From assembly GCA_046290385.1 (NCBI GenBank), contig JBKAGM010000005.1, positions 1,539-65,538 on the forward strand: a DNA stretch of 64,000 nucleotides. The letters run 5' to 3'. Position 1 is the first letter of the stretch; each line of letters starts with the position of its first letter. Under the pieces are notes generated by a model that was given only the letters and a program-made list of their open reading frames with translations, had not been told where the DNA came from and ran no database searches. Below, one piece after another: positions 21,248-32,293 of the stretch. The stretch comes from Gammaproteobacteria bacterium (GTDB lineage Bacteria > Pseudomonadota > Gammaproteobacteria > JAGOUN01). The position numbers and the translations under genes were made by a program.

Positions 21248-22376
21248 TCGAAGCCTCCGAAGCTATTTTTCGTGCATGAAGCCAATACTTATCAGGTTGG
21301 TGAGTCAGCTGCATGCTGATATTAAGATTATCATGAAAAGATTCTGTCGCACCCATTCTATCTTCCGGCAAAAGTAGATAAGACGTCTCAAGTTTTTTAT
21401 AGCATAATACGCGACAGCCAGAAGAATAGGCTTCTAATATAGGAATTCCAAGTCCTTCGTTATGGGAAGGAAACAGGAGTACTCTAGATTGCAGGTAAAG
21501 TTTTTTTTGGGTTTTGAAATCGATATCTATGTACCAAGTAATGTCATCAATATCAATTTTTTCAAAAAAATCTTGTAATAAATCAGCTGGGCACCTAGGT
21601 CTGCCAAAAATGATAAGTTTATCAATTTCTCCATTATTTACCATCTTAGGTATCTCGAGCAGACCTTTGCGTGGGTCAAATGGCGCAGCTAAAATAACAG
21701 TTCGTTTCCGCTCGCCTTGTATCTCTTCTTTACGAATATCACTAAAACCGGGAGGGATAAGTGTAGGTATGATTTTCATATTGGATGCTGTAGCATCGCC
21801 GTACCCATATTTTATTAAGTCATTTCTCGTTGCTTCGCTAAGAGACAATATGCCGTTAGCCTGTTCATTAGCCCATCTATAACCTCTATTGTGCTCATGA
21901 GCAAACAGTCGTAGGCCATGTGCGTTTGGATTAGAGAAATAATATTTGATAGGAATGCAGTCAAGAGCAATGCATTTATAAGAATTTGCACTTGGAATAG
22001 GATGGCTGGGATTGTATACCCATGGGCCAGCTAAGATGGCAAGATCAAATTTTCTTTGATGGCTTAACTTTGTAGACGTTGATAAGTCAATTGAAAGCTC
22101 TGGTTTTTGGTGGATGTATTTAAGTTTTTCGCTTTGGAGCCCCTTAAGTATTTCACTTCTACTCTGTCCGACCAGTTTTGCGTTACTAAAAAAATTATTT
22201 TCTAATGAAGCTTTGTCTGGTATAAGCTGATATAAGGTGTTATCTAATTCATCGTGATAAATGAAATTAACTTCGTGGCCTTGTTTGCTAAGCAAGTCAA
22301 TCATGGAAAGAAGGAGTCGCCTGACGCCATGATGAAAGAAAAGAGTATTTTTATCAGCAACTAAAGCAATATGCAC
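21225..22376 (-). CDS. Divergent GT-B glycosyltransferase (GT4-like)
   Basis: DPRKG, FPSHNEGLGIPILEA. Confidence 0.75.
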   Translation of the reverse strand: MHIALVADKNTLFFHHGVRRLLLSMIDLLSKQGHEVNFIYHDELDNTLYQLIPDKASLENNFFSNAKLVGQSRSEILKGLQSEKLKYIHQKPELSIDLSTSTKLSHQRKFDLAILAGPWVYNPSHPIPSANSYKCIALDCIPIKYYFSNPNAHGLRLFAHEHNRGYRWANEQANGILSLSEATRNDLIKYGYGDATASNMKIIPTLIPPGFSDIRKEEIQGERKRTVILAAPFDPRKGLLEIPKMVNNGEIDKLIIFGRPRCPADLLQDFFEKIDIDDITWYIDIDFKTQKKLYLQSRVLLFPSHNEGLGIPILEAYSSGCRVLCYKKLETSYLLLPEDRMGATESFHDNLNISMQLTHQPDKYWLHARKIASEASNDSTICI

Positions 22377-22377
22377 A

Positions 22378-23571
22378 TTAACCTACCTTGGTTCTAAACC
22401 ACTCATAAACTCTGCCACCTCTAAAGAATTTTTGCAAGCCAGGTGGAAGTTTTCGCCAGGCTCGAGTTAAAATGTGGGGGTGAGTGGGCGGAGTTATATT
22501 TGTAAGGTCGATAAAAACGCTTGTGTAAGTATTTGGTATACCGACAGTTATCGCTGAAGAGAAAATATTTATTCTTGGAATGACGCCGTTTGTTCGAAGA
22601 ACAAATGACATTTCAACATCCTCTGCTTCGTTATGTAGTAATAGAGGGTTAAGTTGGATTTTCTCTAAAACGGTTTTTTTAAAAATCATTACACCACCAT
22701 TAATATAGTGACCAGGGAATAGTTTCCCGGGATTTTTGTGAAACATCGGAACTTTCCATTTTAATTGTGTTTCACTTAATGCAGCATATCCTGGAAAGAA
22801 AGAGCCATCTTCGTAACTTTGACTGATTGTTAAAAAATTAAAGTCATATCCAAATTGGTTAAAGCCTTCAAAAAAATTATCTTCAATAAGGTATCGGTCG
22901 TGAAAAATAGCTACATTCTCAAGATTCGCGTTGGCCGCAATGTTGAATTTTTTTTCGCTTATTCTAGCTAGCGAGTCATTCGTGGATGTATTGACGACTT
23001 TCACTAGATGTGGCTTTGAAGTAAGGTTTGGTTCAAATGGTCCGGCCACAATGAATTCAATTTTCATATCATTGGTAGATAAGTGTATTGCTTTCTCAAT
23101 TAGCGCGACAACAGTATCTGTTTTTTTTCCATTTGTTAGAATGCCGATGGACCAATCACGAGAATATCTTCGGGCAAAGTCATTGCGTGCAATGTCAAAC
23201 ACACAAATTGTCTCGCCTTCTTCTGTTTTGAATTGTTGACTGAGCTGAGCATTTAAACAAGGATTTCGGTGCAAATAGCTTTTGAGTTCTATGACTGTGC
23301 CTTCTAAGTTGTCTCGTATACGACATACTAGAGTGCCGCTTTCTTTCAAAAGGCAAATCGCTTCATCAAGAAGCAGCGGCCAGTTTTCGGAGTTAAACAG
23401 CTGGTGTTCGTATATCCAGGCGACAGAGTAAGTGCCGTGTTTATCTGATTCAGCTCGAAAGTTTTTTTCTGGGTTTAATAAAACAGGATCTGCATTGATA
23501 GGTGGGGTTTCGCCAAGCCAAACAGCTTTTTGATTAAATAAGTGTTCGAGTTCCCGTGCTGCAGTGTCCAC
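22378..23571 (-). CDS. Hypothetical protein: methyltransferase-like N-terminus plus GT-A (GT2-like) domain
   Basis: LDEAICLLKESGTLV (MTase-like), WSIGILTNG, SEKKFN, IFHDRY, EAEDVEMS. Confidence 0.55.
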   Translation of the reverse strand: MDTAARELEHLFNQKAVWLGETPPINADPVLLNPEKNFRAESDKHGTYSVAWIYEHQLFNSENWPLLLDEAICLLKESGTLVCRIRDNLEGTVIELKSYLHRNPCLNAQLSQQFKTEEGETICVFDIARNDFARRYSRDWSIGILTNGKKTDTVVALIEKAIHLSTNDMKIEFIVAGPFEPNLTSKPHLVKVVNTSTNDSLARISEKKFNIAANANLENVAIFHDRYLIEDNFFEGFNQFGYDFNFLTISQSYEDGSFFPGYAALSETQLKWKVPMFHKNPGKLFPGHYINGGVMIFKKTVLEKIQLNPLLLHNEAEDVEMSFVLRTNGVIPRINIFSSAITVGIPNTYTSVFIDLTNITPPTHPHILTRAWRKLPPGLQKFFRGGRVYEWFRTKVG

Positions 23572-23645
23572 TTTTTTATCCTGTGCGTAATGATGTGTAA
23601 GAATTGTATGTTAAACCTGCCGTAATCGCAATAACAAATATGGAA

Positions 23646-24773
23646 TTAGCGCGCTAAAAAATCTGATTCAGCTTTTTGATTTGCAAAATCAAAAAGCAAT
23701 TTACCAGAGCGCTCCCATGTGAATTCTTTTGCTCGAGTCTTTGCTTTTATCGCCATATCATTTCTTTTATCAGGGTTCTCTAGTAATTCACGAATGACTT
23801 TTGCCCATTCCTCAGGTGCATCAGGTTCTGCAAAAAAAGCAGCATTTTCTAGCAGCTCAGTCATTGCGGGCCGTCGACTACAAATGGAGGGTGTGTCAAG
23901 TAAGGCCGCTTCAAATGGCGGTAGACCGAAGCCTTCATAGAGGCTAGGACATACTAAGGTTAAAGCGTGGTTAATGACATAACCAACTTGCTCATCTTCC
24001 AGGCGACCTAACAGGTGTACTCGATCAGATAAACTATTGTCAGAAATACAGCTTTGGTATTGGTCATTAGCGCCAATAACCACTAAATCAATATTTTCTT
24101 TTGGTAATAATTTTAATGCATTTAGCACAACTTTCAGATTTTTATGGTAGTCGAATGAACTTAAATAAACTAAATAAGGTTTGCTTGGTAGGGTGACTGT
24201 GGGTTTGTCTGTGACATCTAATTGAGTAGCGCCACAATAAATCACTTTGACTTTGTTTTTTGGAATATTTAAGTATTTAACAATATCTTTGGCAGAAGAT
24301 TCGCTTATGGTAACGATGAAATCTGCTTTTTTCGCGATTTTTGTATAGTAGTTTTCCCATAAAGCGCGCTCGGTTGAAAAATGGTTCGGAAAAATAAGGG
24401 GAATCACATCTAAAATACCAACAATGCTTTTTTTAGGTAAGTGTGTTGGGCACCAATGAATTGATGGATAAAAATATAGAGTTTGATTATTTTTATCATT
24501 TTTAGGTTGAATGTTTTTTGAAAGTGCCTGTAATTGGCTAAACCACTCCCTTGCTAGTCTTCCCATGCCCCGATCATCTTTCAATGATACTTTTGAAAAT
24601 AATAGCGTCGATTGTGGTAAGTCGATAGGTATAAAGAAGTATTTTTTAATAAAAGGGATTCTTATCAATAGTTTTCGAAAGAATGGGCGCCATTTTTTAT
24701 AATGATAGACCAAGAAATCCCTGAGGTTTTTTTTAAAATCGCTTATGGTCCTTGGCTTTGTTTTTGTAATCAT
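23646..24773 (-). CDS. Glycosyltransferase family 4
   Basis: HKN, PSLYEGFGLPPFEA, FTWE. Confidence 0.88.
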   Translation of the reverse strand: MITKTKPRTISDFKKNLRDFLVYHYKKWRPFFRKLLIRIPFIKKYFFIPIDLPQSTLLFSKVSLKDDRGMGRLAREWFSQLQALSKNIQPKNDKNNQTLYFYPSIHWCPTHLPKKSIVGILDVIPLIFPNHFSTERALWENYYTKIAKKADFIVTISESSAKDIVKYLNIPKNKVKVIYCGATQLDVTDKPTVTLPSKPYLVYLSSFDYHKNLKVVLNALKLLPKENIDLVVIGANDQYQSCISDNSLSDRVHLLGRLEDEQVGYVINHALTLVCPSLYEGFGLPPFEAALLDTPSICSRRPAMTELLENAAFFAEPDAPEEWAKVIRELLENPDKRNDMAIKAKTRAKEFTWERSGKLLFDFANQKAESDFLAR

Positions 24774-24777
24774 TTTT

Positions 24778-25524
24778 TTAACTAGTCTCGATAGCCAAAT
24801 AGTCTTGCGTTAGCTCGCTTGGTTTCCCTACGGATTGTATTTTATGATTTTCTATCCATAAAACACGATCACAAATTAAATTTACATCTTCCATGCTGTG
24901 TGAGACGAAAACCATGGTGACGCCGCGTCGTTTGAATTCCATCATTTTGTCGATACATTTTTTTTGAAATTTTACATCACCCACTGCTAAGACCTCATCG
25001 ATAAGAATGATTTCTGGGTCAAGCTGTGCTACGACAGAAAAACCTAGTTTTGCGAGCATGCCTGAGGAGTAAGTTCTAACGGGTTGATCGATAAATTTTC
25101 CAAGTCCTGAAAATGCGATAATTTTATCTAGTTTCTGACGTACTTCTTTTCGTGTCATGCCTAACAATACACCGTTGAGCATGATGTTCTCTCTGCCATT
25201 TAATTCAGGATGAAAGCCGCCGCCTAATTCAAGCAAAGGAGATACGCGTCCACGAACTGTCACTTTGCCGCTGGTTGGCTTTAATACGCCGGCGATTAAC
25301 CCTAGCGTTGTACTTTTTCCTGCGCCGTTTCTTCCAATAATGCCGAGAGTTTCGCCTTTCTTTACTTCAAAAGAAAGATTCTTCAATGCTTCAAAACGAG
25401 TTGTTTTCATCGTTTTGATGGCTTTAGGCAAGTTAAAAATTAAGCTTTTTATGCCGCCGGTAAAGTGATGATATAGCGGATAGCTTTTAGAAACATCGTT
25501 AAAAATAATCACCGGATCGCTCAT
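24778..25524 (-). CDS. wzt: O-antigen ABC transporter ATP-binding subunit, no C-terminal carbohydrate-binding module
   Basis: GRNGAGKST, YSSGM, IDEVLAVGD, VSHS; ATG 25524 overlaps the wzm TGA (ATGA); 248 aa. Confidence 0.92.
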   Translation of the reverse strand: MSDPVIIFNDVSKSYPLYHHFTGGIKSLIFNLPKAIKTMKTTRFEALKNLSFEVKKGETLGIIGRNGAGKSTTLGLIAGVLKPTSGKVTVRGRVSPLLELGGGFHPELNGRENIMLNGVLLGMTRKEVRQKLDKIIAFSGLGKFIDQPVRTYSSGMLAKLGFSVVAQLDPEIILIDEVLAVGDVKFQKKCIDKMMEFKRRGVTMVFVSHSMEDVNLICDRVLWIENHKIQSVGKPSELTQDYLAIETS

Positions 25525-26309
25525 AATACCTCTGCAAATTTCCAAGATAGCTTTTTGAATGTCCAATAGCCTATAAAAAATATAGCGACACTATACGCAG
25601 TGCTAATGGCAAAAAGACTAGGCTCCACTTTCCCAGAGAGAAGAAGTTCTCGCCAAGTCATAATCAATGGCGCGAAAGGGTTTAAATAAAGAAGAGGTTT
25701 AAATTTTTCAGGGACCATCTGTTCATTGTAAATGATAGGCGTGGCATAAAAAGCGAGCAGCATCAGGATGAGAGTCATGCGTTCAAGATCTCTAAAAAAT
25801 AAATTGATGGATGAAAGAAATAATCCAATACCATAAGTCATTAATAGCTGTAAAAAGAGTAATACAGGAATTCCATATGTCCATGAAAAAGAGGGTGTTT
25901 GATGGTATACAAACATGAAAAAAAGAATCACAGGAATAGCTAGTATAAAATGAATCATGTCTTGCAGTACGACAGAGAGCAGTATGATGTTTCTTGGAAA
26001 GTTGGTTTTCTTAATCAATGTTGAATTCGTGATAAATACATTGGGTGAGGTGCTTGCGGTGTTGTTGAGCCACTGCCAAGGAAACAAACCGGCAATGAGA
26101 AATAATGTGTAATTTTCCATAGGGATACGCATTACCACTTTGAATACACAGAAAAATACTAAAGCGAATGCGAGAGGGTTGAGTACTGACCAAAGATAAC
26201 CTAGCGTGCTGCTTTTGTAGCGCACTTTCATTTCTTTGTGAGTGAGCACCGCTATCAAATCAATGTAGTGTTGGAATTTTTTATTTTTAAATAAGTTAGC
26301 TGCTATCAT
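25521..26309 (-). CDS. wzm: O-antigen ABC transporter permease
   Basis: RYKSSTLGYLW..LNPL, FFRDL, YATPIIY, LNP; multiple hydrophobic segments. Confidence 0.92.
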   Translation of the reverse strand: MIAANLFKNKKFQHYIDLIAVLTHKEMKVRYKSSTLGYLWSVLNPLAFALVFFCVFKVVMRIPMENYTLFLIAGLFPWQWLNNTASTSPNVFITNSTLIKKTNFPRNIILLSVVLQDMIHFILAIPVILFFMFVYHQTPSFSWTYGIPVLLFLQLLMTYGIGLFLSSINLFFRDLERMTLILMLLAFYATPIIYNEQMVPEKFKPLLYLNPFAPLIMTWRELLLSGKVEPSLFAISTAYSVAIFFIGYWTFKKLSWKFAEVL

Positions 26310-26312
26310 GTT

Positions 26313-27443
26313 TTATTGGCCTAAAATAATATCGTAGACTTTTTTCGTTTTTTCCGCGCAACGCTCCCATGTGAATGTCTTTGCACGTTCATAGCCTGAA
26401 TCAATTAGCTTGTTTCGTAAGGTATCATCTTCAGTGATTTCTTTTATCGCATGTGCAATATGTTCAACGGACTCTGGGTCAACCAAATAGGCGCTGTCAC
26501 CAGCGGTTTCAGCGGTTGCGCCACTTTCTGAAGTGATTACAGGTGTCTTTGAGGCGAAGCCCTCGATGATTGGAAAGCCAAAGCCTTCGCTTAATGATGG
26601 AAACAAGACTAACTTGGAAGCTTGATATAAAGCTCTCACATCTTCGCTATCAATGTATTGTAGCCATTTTAAGTTTCCTGTGGAAACGAGTCGCTCTATC
26701 TGCGAATAGGTTTCTTTGTCTAGCCAACCAATTTTGCCAATAAAGACTAATTTAAATTCATCCTGTATATGTTGTGGCAGCTGTTGATACGCCTTAAGTA
26801 TGCGCGCAATATTTTTACGAGGCTGTAGTGTGCCAACAAAAAGAAAGTAGCGTTCTTTAGCTAAATCGTGTTTTTGAAGCGCGGTATCAATTTTGTTAGG
26901 TGCTAATGTTTCTAACCATTCGTTCGACAGGCCGTGGTAAATCACAGAGACGCGATAATCGCTTATCCCGAAATGATCAACAATGTCATATTTGACAGCG
27001 TTTGAGATGGTAATGATATGTTGTGCGTTATGGGAAAGTTTTTTTAATAAGTAATTTTTTAACGTGCGACGCTTGGGGTTTGCCCAATTTGTATGTTTTA
27101 TCATGATAGCGTCGTGCAACGTTGCAATGACAGGTATGCGTTTGAAGCGTGGGACCATGTAGTCTGTGCTGTGAAAAATATCGATGCTTTTTTCTAGGTT
27201 ATCATAGGAGCGCAAAGGAAAATATTGGCGAATAATAGGGTTTGTTGCGCAAGGTTGTTTTTGCAGCATGGATTGAGGGATTGGTTGAAAGAGTTCTTCA
27301 ATGGGTTTGAAATAAATAGGGCGCACTTCAGTGTTCGTTTTTAGTGCGTTCATCAAGCTGCTCGTATAAACGCCAATGCCATCATATTGCTTTCTCGAGC
27401 CATCTAAATGCATAAGTGGTGTTGAGCTGATTCCGACGCGCAT
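26313..27443 (-). CDS. Glycosyltransferase family 4 (mannosyl/D-rhamnosyltransferase-like)
   Basis: DGIGVY, TLHD, VGTLQPRKN, FPSLSEGFGFPIIE, FTWE. Confidence 0.88.
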   Translation of the reverse strand: MRVGISSTPLMHLDGSRKQYDGIGVYTSSLMNALKTNTEVRPIYFKPIEELFQPIPQSMLQKQPCATNPIIRQYFPLRSYDNLEKSIDIFHSTDYMVPRFKRIPVIATLHDAIMIKHTNWANPKRRTLKNYLLKKLSHNAQHIITISNAVKYDIVDHFGISDYRVSVIYHGLSNEWLETLAPNKIDTALQKHDLAKERYFLFVGTLQPRKNIARILKAYQQLPQHIQDEFKLVFIGKIGWLDKETYSQIERLVSTGNLKWLQYIDSEDVRALYQASKLVLFPSLSEGFGFPIIEGFASKTPVITSESGATAETAGDSAYLVDPESVEHIAHAIKEITEDDTLRNKLIDSGYERAKTFTWERCAEKTKKVYDIILGQ

Positions 27444-27558
27444 GTTGCCTCACTGTCTCCTGGTCATTTATTTTCAAATACTGAACTTAGGCTTTAACGG
27501 TGTGATTTTCTTGGTTTGAGATTATCACATGGGAGATTAACATACAACATGATTTGAG

Positions 27559-28065
27559 TTAGGGCCTAAGAGGCTGGTCTAGTCGATACAAGTAATACTT
27601 GTATTTTATGTTAACAACCTTTTTCATAGGGATTGTGGCGGTATCCAAATACTCTTTTTGACAGTAAGAGATAGGGGTGACATAGGTGATCATTTGGCTT
27701 TTAACGGGCTCTGGTGAGAGAAGGTAGATAGCGTCATACTGTGTAAAGTAATTGTTGAAAAGGGGTGCGCTTTGTTCCAAAGATTTAAAGGAGCTTATTG
27801 CAAAGATGTTGAGGCCAAAATAATAACTCAAGGGCGTCATCACATAGTAATATCTGGAAAAATTTTTTCGAATTATTAAAAGCAAGTCACGTTTGCTAAC
27901 AATATTATTAATGCGATTGAGTGATGAGTAAGCACCTTCTGCTTCCCTTCCTTTAAATTGAAAAGAGGCATAGTAAAGGTTGGGGGATACAATGGCGATC
28001 AACAAAAGAGTTGCTAGGCTTTTCTTCGAGAGAAAATTTCTAATCCTCATTTTTTGAACCTTCAT
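27559..28065 (-). pseudogene. 3' fragment of a frameshifted GT-C-like membrane protein
   Basis: Overlaps the upstream ORF by 26 nt in the +1 frame; removing one A from the A6 run (28050-28055) fuses the two. Confidence 0.55.
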
Positions 28066-29713
28066 ATAATCGCCCTAATATAAATGAAATAAAAATAATA
28101 ATTATGGGGATAGTTTGTACCATGAGGTATCGAGAGTAATAGTATTGATATGGGATAAGATACTGCATAAGCCCATTGTAAATCAAAGCAAGGCAAGTAA
28201 AGCAATACAGGAAAGTTGCTCTCAGGTCGGTAATATATTTTCTATATTTGTGAATTCCTATCGCGCATATAATCAACCCCGCAACATTAAAGAGTTGATA
28301 AATGATGTGAGCTGAAGTGAAAGGGAGTGACTTCAACCCCATGTTTGCGCGAGGATAGTTTCTTAATAAAGCTTCATTGATATTTGTAGGCGTTGAGTAC
28401 ATCATTTTATATACAGTGTATATACTTAGTAATATGAGTATGTAGACAAAGAAAAGGAAAGTTTTGTTGGAAAGCGATATTAAAAATTTTTTATTGCTGG
28501 ATAGATATTTTGAAAGTTTTTTGTTTGTTTTTCCAGCGATGAAAATAACAGAGAATGATAAAGTCATGACTGCAAAACATGCGGCTAGGTGCTTAAAGGT
28601 GAAGTGGGAAGGGAAGATTCTGGTCAGCACGTGGCTGTATATGTCAAAAGCATAAGGAAAAGAGAATGCAAGGCCATAAATGACAGATAGAAAGTATAAT
28701 GCGATAGTCAATAGAGAGTATTTTAGATATTGTTTGGCAGATTTGGTTTGTTGTATGAAAACAATAGAAAATAGCAGTATCAACGCGAAAAATGGCAGGT
28801 ACAGAAAAGCAGATATTCTTGTCATGAAGTAGCACCAAAACAAACTTGAAGATAATAACAAGTAAAAAAAGCCAGTCTGATGTTTTCTAGATAAGTTATA
28901 AAATTTTGTCAAATAATAAAAGCCTGCGAGGCTAAATGTTAATGCAGTTACTTCGGTAACGCTAAATTTAGAAAAATAAATGTGTAATACATTTGTCGCG
29001 AGAAGAATTGCTGAGCATACCGCTGCTTTTTCATTGTTGGTTAGCTCGAAGACCAATAAGTACATGAACGCTATAGATAATAATGAGAAAACAACCTGTA
29101 TCCAAACGCGGTTTTCTGGGCCAAAAATTTTCGCGCCTATTGCCAGCCAAATAGGATAGAGTGAATAGAACTGAAAAACGTATTTAGAAGCAGAAGGTCT
29201 GCTGTCTTTGATATAAATGCCAGGAATATGAGCTCCTTCTGACATTTTGGGGATGATGCCCGGAATATTGTTCGCTACTTTTTTTATTCCAACAAAACCT
29301 TTTTGATTCGCTTGGTCGTATAGGGATAATAATTCTAGATTTTTTATGTTCTTTCTTACATTGTCTTTAATAATTGTTCGCCCATCTCGATTGTAAGTTG
29401 CAGACATGTTAATGTAAGTCCCTTCATCTTGGCCTCCCATGATATAGAGGTAAGGGTCACTTCTAAATATAAGAGCAAAAAAGATAATCGGTAATAATAT
29501 AAGCAAGCGTTTGACGTTAATGGAAAAGCTTTTTTTTCTATAGGCGTATAGCACTGCCATGCTTGTGGCAAGTAATCCCAAGAATAAGGAGGGTAGCGCC
29601 ATAAAATGTTGTGATATTAGGGAGACAATGCCGCCAAAGCTCGTGAAAATAATAAAAATGCTGATTAAGTCGAAAATCGTTAAAATCATGTTATTTGAGC
29701 GCTTCCTGTGCAT
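28040..29713 (-). pseudogene. 5' fragment of a polytopic GT-C-like membrane glycosyltransferase (Gtr-type)
   Basis: Many hydrophobic segments, loop GGQDEGTY with acidic pair, FQFYSLYPIW, TE motif; divergent from a GT2 gene. Confidence 0.6.
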
Positions 29714-29774
29714 CCATTGAAATAATGAACGTGATGATAATATAATTAATTCTAATTTGAAAGGACACCTCTAC

Positions 29775-30740
29775 ATGATGTTGATTATCCAAATACCATG
29801 TTTCAATGAAGCAGAAACACTTCCAATAGCCTTGAAAGCGTTACCTCGAGAATTGCCAGGATTTGATAAAGTGGAATGGTTAGTCATCGATGATGGCAGC
29901 ACCGATGATACCGTTGCAGTGGCAAGGCAGTGTGGCGTTGATCATATTGTTAGCCATGCGCACAATCAGGGTTTGGCTAAGACTTTTATGACAGGCCTTG
30001 CAAGGTGTAATGAACTTGGTGCTGATATTATTGTCAATACCGATGCTGATAATCAATATCATGCTGACGATATTCCAAAACTTGTCCAACCTATCTTGGA
30101 AGGGAAAGCTGACATAGTGGTCGGTGCTCGACCGATTCAAAGTATTGAGCATTTTTCTTTCATGAAGAAACTATTGCAGCGATTAGGCAGTTGGGTTGTT
30201 CGAAAGCTCAGTAAAACGGATATCCCCGATGCGCCCAGTGGGTTTCGTGCTTTTAGCAGAAAAGCTGCATTACAGCTAAATGTTTTTAGCGATTATACCT
30301 ATACTTTGGAAACAATTATTCAGGCGGGTCGAAAAAATATTGCGATTACATCTGTGCCTATTCGAGTAAATGAAGATTTGCGTCCTTCAAGGCTAGTGAA
30401 AAGTATTCCAGCTTACATCAAGCGTTCAATTTTGACGATGGTGAGAATTTGTATTATTTACAACCCATTTCGATTTTTTATGACCGCTGGGATATTGGTC
30501 ATGTTGTGTGGTGCGCTTATAGGTATACGTTTTTTATATTTTTACATGCATCAGCATGGAGATGGGCATATTCAATCATTAATCTTGTCAGCGATTTTAT
30601 TAGGTGCGGGTTTTCAAACTGTGTTGGTCGCGTTTATCGCGGATTTGCTTGCGGCCAATCGTAAGCTGATAGAGAATGTGCAGTATTATATGAAAGAAAA
30701 ATCAAGACTATTATCTGTAAGTGAGGGTGAAAGTGAATAA
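29775..30740 (+). CDS. GT2 polyprenol-phosphate glycosyltransferase (GtrB/DPM-like)
   Basis: IPCFNEAETL, IDDGSTD, NTDADNQY, DAPSGFRA; two C-terminal TM helices. Confidence 0.88.
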   Translation: MMLIIQIPCFNEAETLPIALKALPRELPGFDKVEWLVIDDGSTDDTVAVARQCGVDHIVSHAHNQGLAKTFMTGLARCNELGADIIVNTDADNQYHADDIPKLVQPILEGKADIVVGARPIQSIEHFSFMKKLLQRLGSWVVRKLSKTDIPDAPSGFRAFSRKAALQLNVFSDYTYTLETIIQAGRKNIAITSVPIRVNEDLRPSRLVKSIPAYIKRSILTMVRICIIYNPFRFFMTAGILVMLCGALIGIRFLYFYMHQHGDGHIQSLILSAILLGAGFQTVLVAFIADLLAANRKLIENVQYYMKEKSRLLSVSEGESE

Positions 30741-31350
30741 TATTTTAGAGCAAGGTATTCCCGCGGGAAATTATTATGATAAGTACAGCAGCCGTAATCC
30801 TCTTGTTAAAAAATTAATGCGTAGTTTTATGCAAACCTTTCGTCACTTTTTGGATGGCGTTGAGTATTTAAGCGTTCATGAAGTGGGTTGTGGCGAAGGG
30901 CATTTAACGATGGAGATATGTAAGCGTAGTCAATCAGTAATCGCCAGTGATTTTTCTTCTCAAGTATTGAATAAAGCAAAAAATAATCTTCAAGAATTCG
31001 GCAAGAATGTTACGTTTTTGAGTGAAAATATTTATGATTTGGATGTTTCCGCGCATAAAGCTGATCTTGTTGTATGTTGTGAAGTGCTAGAGCACTTGCC
31101 AGATGCTGAAAAAGCCATCGAAGTGTTGTATCAGCTTACCAACAAATACATAATTTTAAGTGTGCCAAGAGAGCCAATTTGGCGCATGATGAATATGTGT
31201 CGAGGTAAATATTGGAAGGACCTTGGGAATACTCCTGGCCATATTCAGCATTGGAATTCTCGTCAATTTAGAGATTTTGTTCAGAATCATTTTAAAATCA
31301 TAGAAATTCAGCAGCCGCTCCCTTGGACATTTATTTTAGGGGAAAAATAA
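30721..31350 (+). CDS. Class I SAM-dependent methyltransferase
   Basis: EVGCGEG, CCEVLEHL, SVPREP, TPGHIQHW. Confidence 0.85.
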   Translation: MRVKVNNILEQGIPAGNYYDKYSSRNPLVKKLMRSFMQTFRHFLDGVEYLSVHEVGCGEGHLTMEICKRSQSVIASDFSSQVLNKAKNNLQEFGKNVTFLSENIYDLDVSAHKADLVVCCEVLEHLPDAEKAIEVLYQLTNKYIILSVPREPIWRMMNMCRGKYWKDLGNTPGHIQHWNSRQFRDFVQNHFKIIEIQQPLPWTFILGEK

Positions 31351-31351
31351 A

Positions 31352-32293
31352 GTGATTCTCAAAAAACTGATAAGTTTGATAGGAGCTTTGCTTTTTGTAC
31401 TTTCTATTTTATTTGTATCTCATCGAATATATGTGAACTTTGATGAGCTGAAGGGCGCAGGATTTAGCTATAATACTTTGGTTGTAATTTTTGTATTTTC
31501 ATTTATTTATGCCCTAAGTAATTTTATTTTATCATCTAATTGGCGAAAATTATTGTTGGGTTTTGGACAGGAAAGTCCAGATCGTCGTGTTTGTTTTCGA
31601 ATATATGCTGTAAGTGTTCTGACAAAATATATTCCCGGGGCAATTTTTCAATATGCAAGTCGGCAGGCTATGGGAAAAAAATACGGATTTAATCAAGTTT
31701 CGCTAATTATTGCTTCATTTTTTGAATTTTTTGGTCTTGTTATTGCCGCAAGTTTTTTAACTATCGTAGGCACTTTGTTTTTTAGAATGCTTAGCAGAAG
31801 CAGTTTAATTTTAATGGTAGTAGTGATTGTCCTTCTGGCGATATTTCTTTATGCCCTTTTGATGAATATGCATAAAATTAAATATATTCAGAAGTATGTC
31901 AAAATGAATTTCACCTTTCGTGATATTAAGCGGCATTTTTTCCCAGTGCTCTTAGGCTATGTGTTGTTTTTTTTGGTGTCTGGCTTGCTCGTATTTTTTT
32001 TAGGCGATGTGATCTCTGGTCAAAATATAGCGACGATGCCATTGGTTATTTCAGCGTGGGCTTTTTCATGGTTGATGGGGTATGTGGTTATTTGGGCTGT
32101 GGCTGGACTTGGTGTTAGAGAAGCCTTTTTGATTGCAACTCTTTCGGGCATTGTCGGTGAAGCTCACGCGATACTCATAGCGTTATCTTTTAGAATGGCC
32201 GTGGTCTTAGGGGATGTGATCTTTTATTCTATAAACATGTTGTTTTTGTCAGGAAGTAAGCGTGTTGAAGTTTCTGATGTATCAGGCCAATAG
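31352..32293 (+). CDS. Integral membrane protein, LPG-synthase TM / flippase-like
   Basis: KYIPG, AGLGVREA, ~8 hydrophobic segments. Confidence 0.7.
   Translation: MILKKLISLIGALLFVLSILFVSHRIYVNFDELKGAGFSYNTLVVIFVFSFIYALSNFILSSNWRKLLLGFGQESPDRRVCFRIYAVSVLTKYIPGAIFQYASRQAMGKKYGFNQVSLIIASFFEFFGLVIAASFLTIVGTLFFRMLSRSSLILMVVVIVLLAIFLYALLMNMHKIKYIQKYVKMNFTFRDIKRHFFPVLLGYVLFFLVSGLLVFFLGDVISGQNIATMPLVISAWAFSWLMGYVVIWAVAGLGVREAFLIATLSGIVGEAHAILIALSFRMAVVLGDVIFYSINMLFLSGSKRVEVSDVSGQ

Noticed and set aside
20630-21508. A8/T8 homopolymers as phase-variation tracts
   Set aside because: ORFs are intact and such runs are common in this AT-rich locus; no poly-G/C tracts seen
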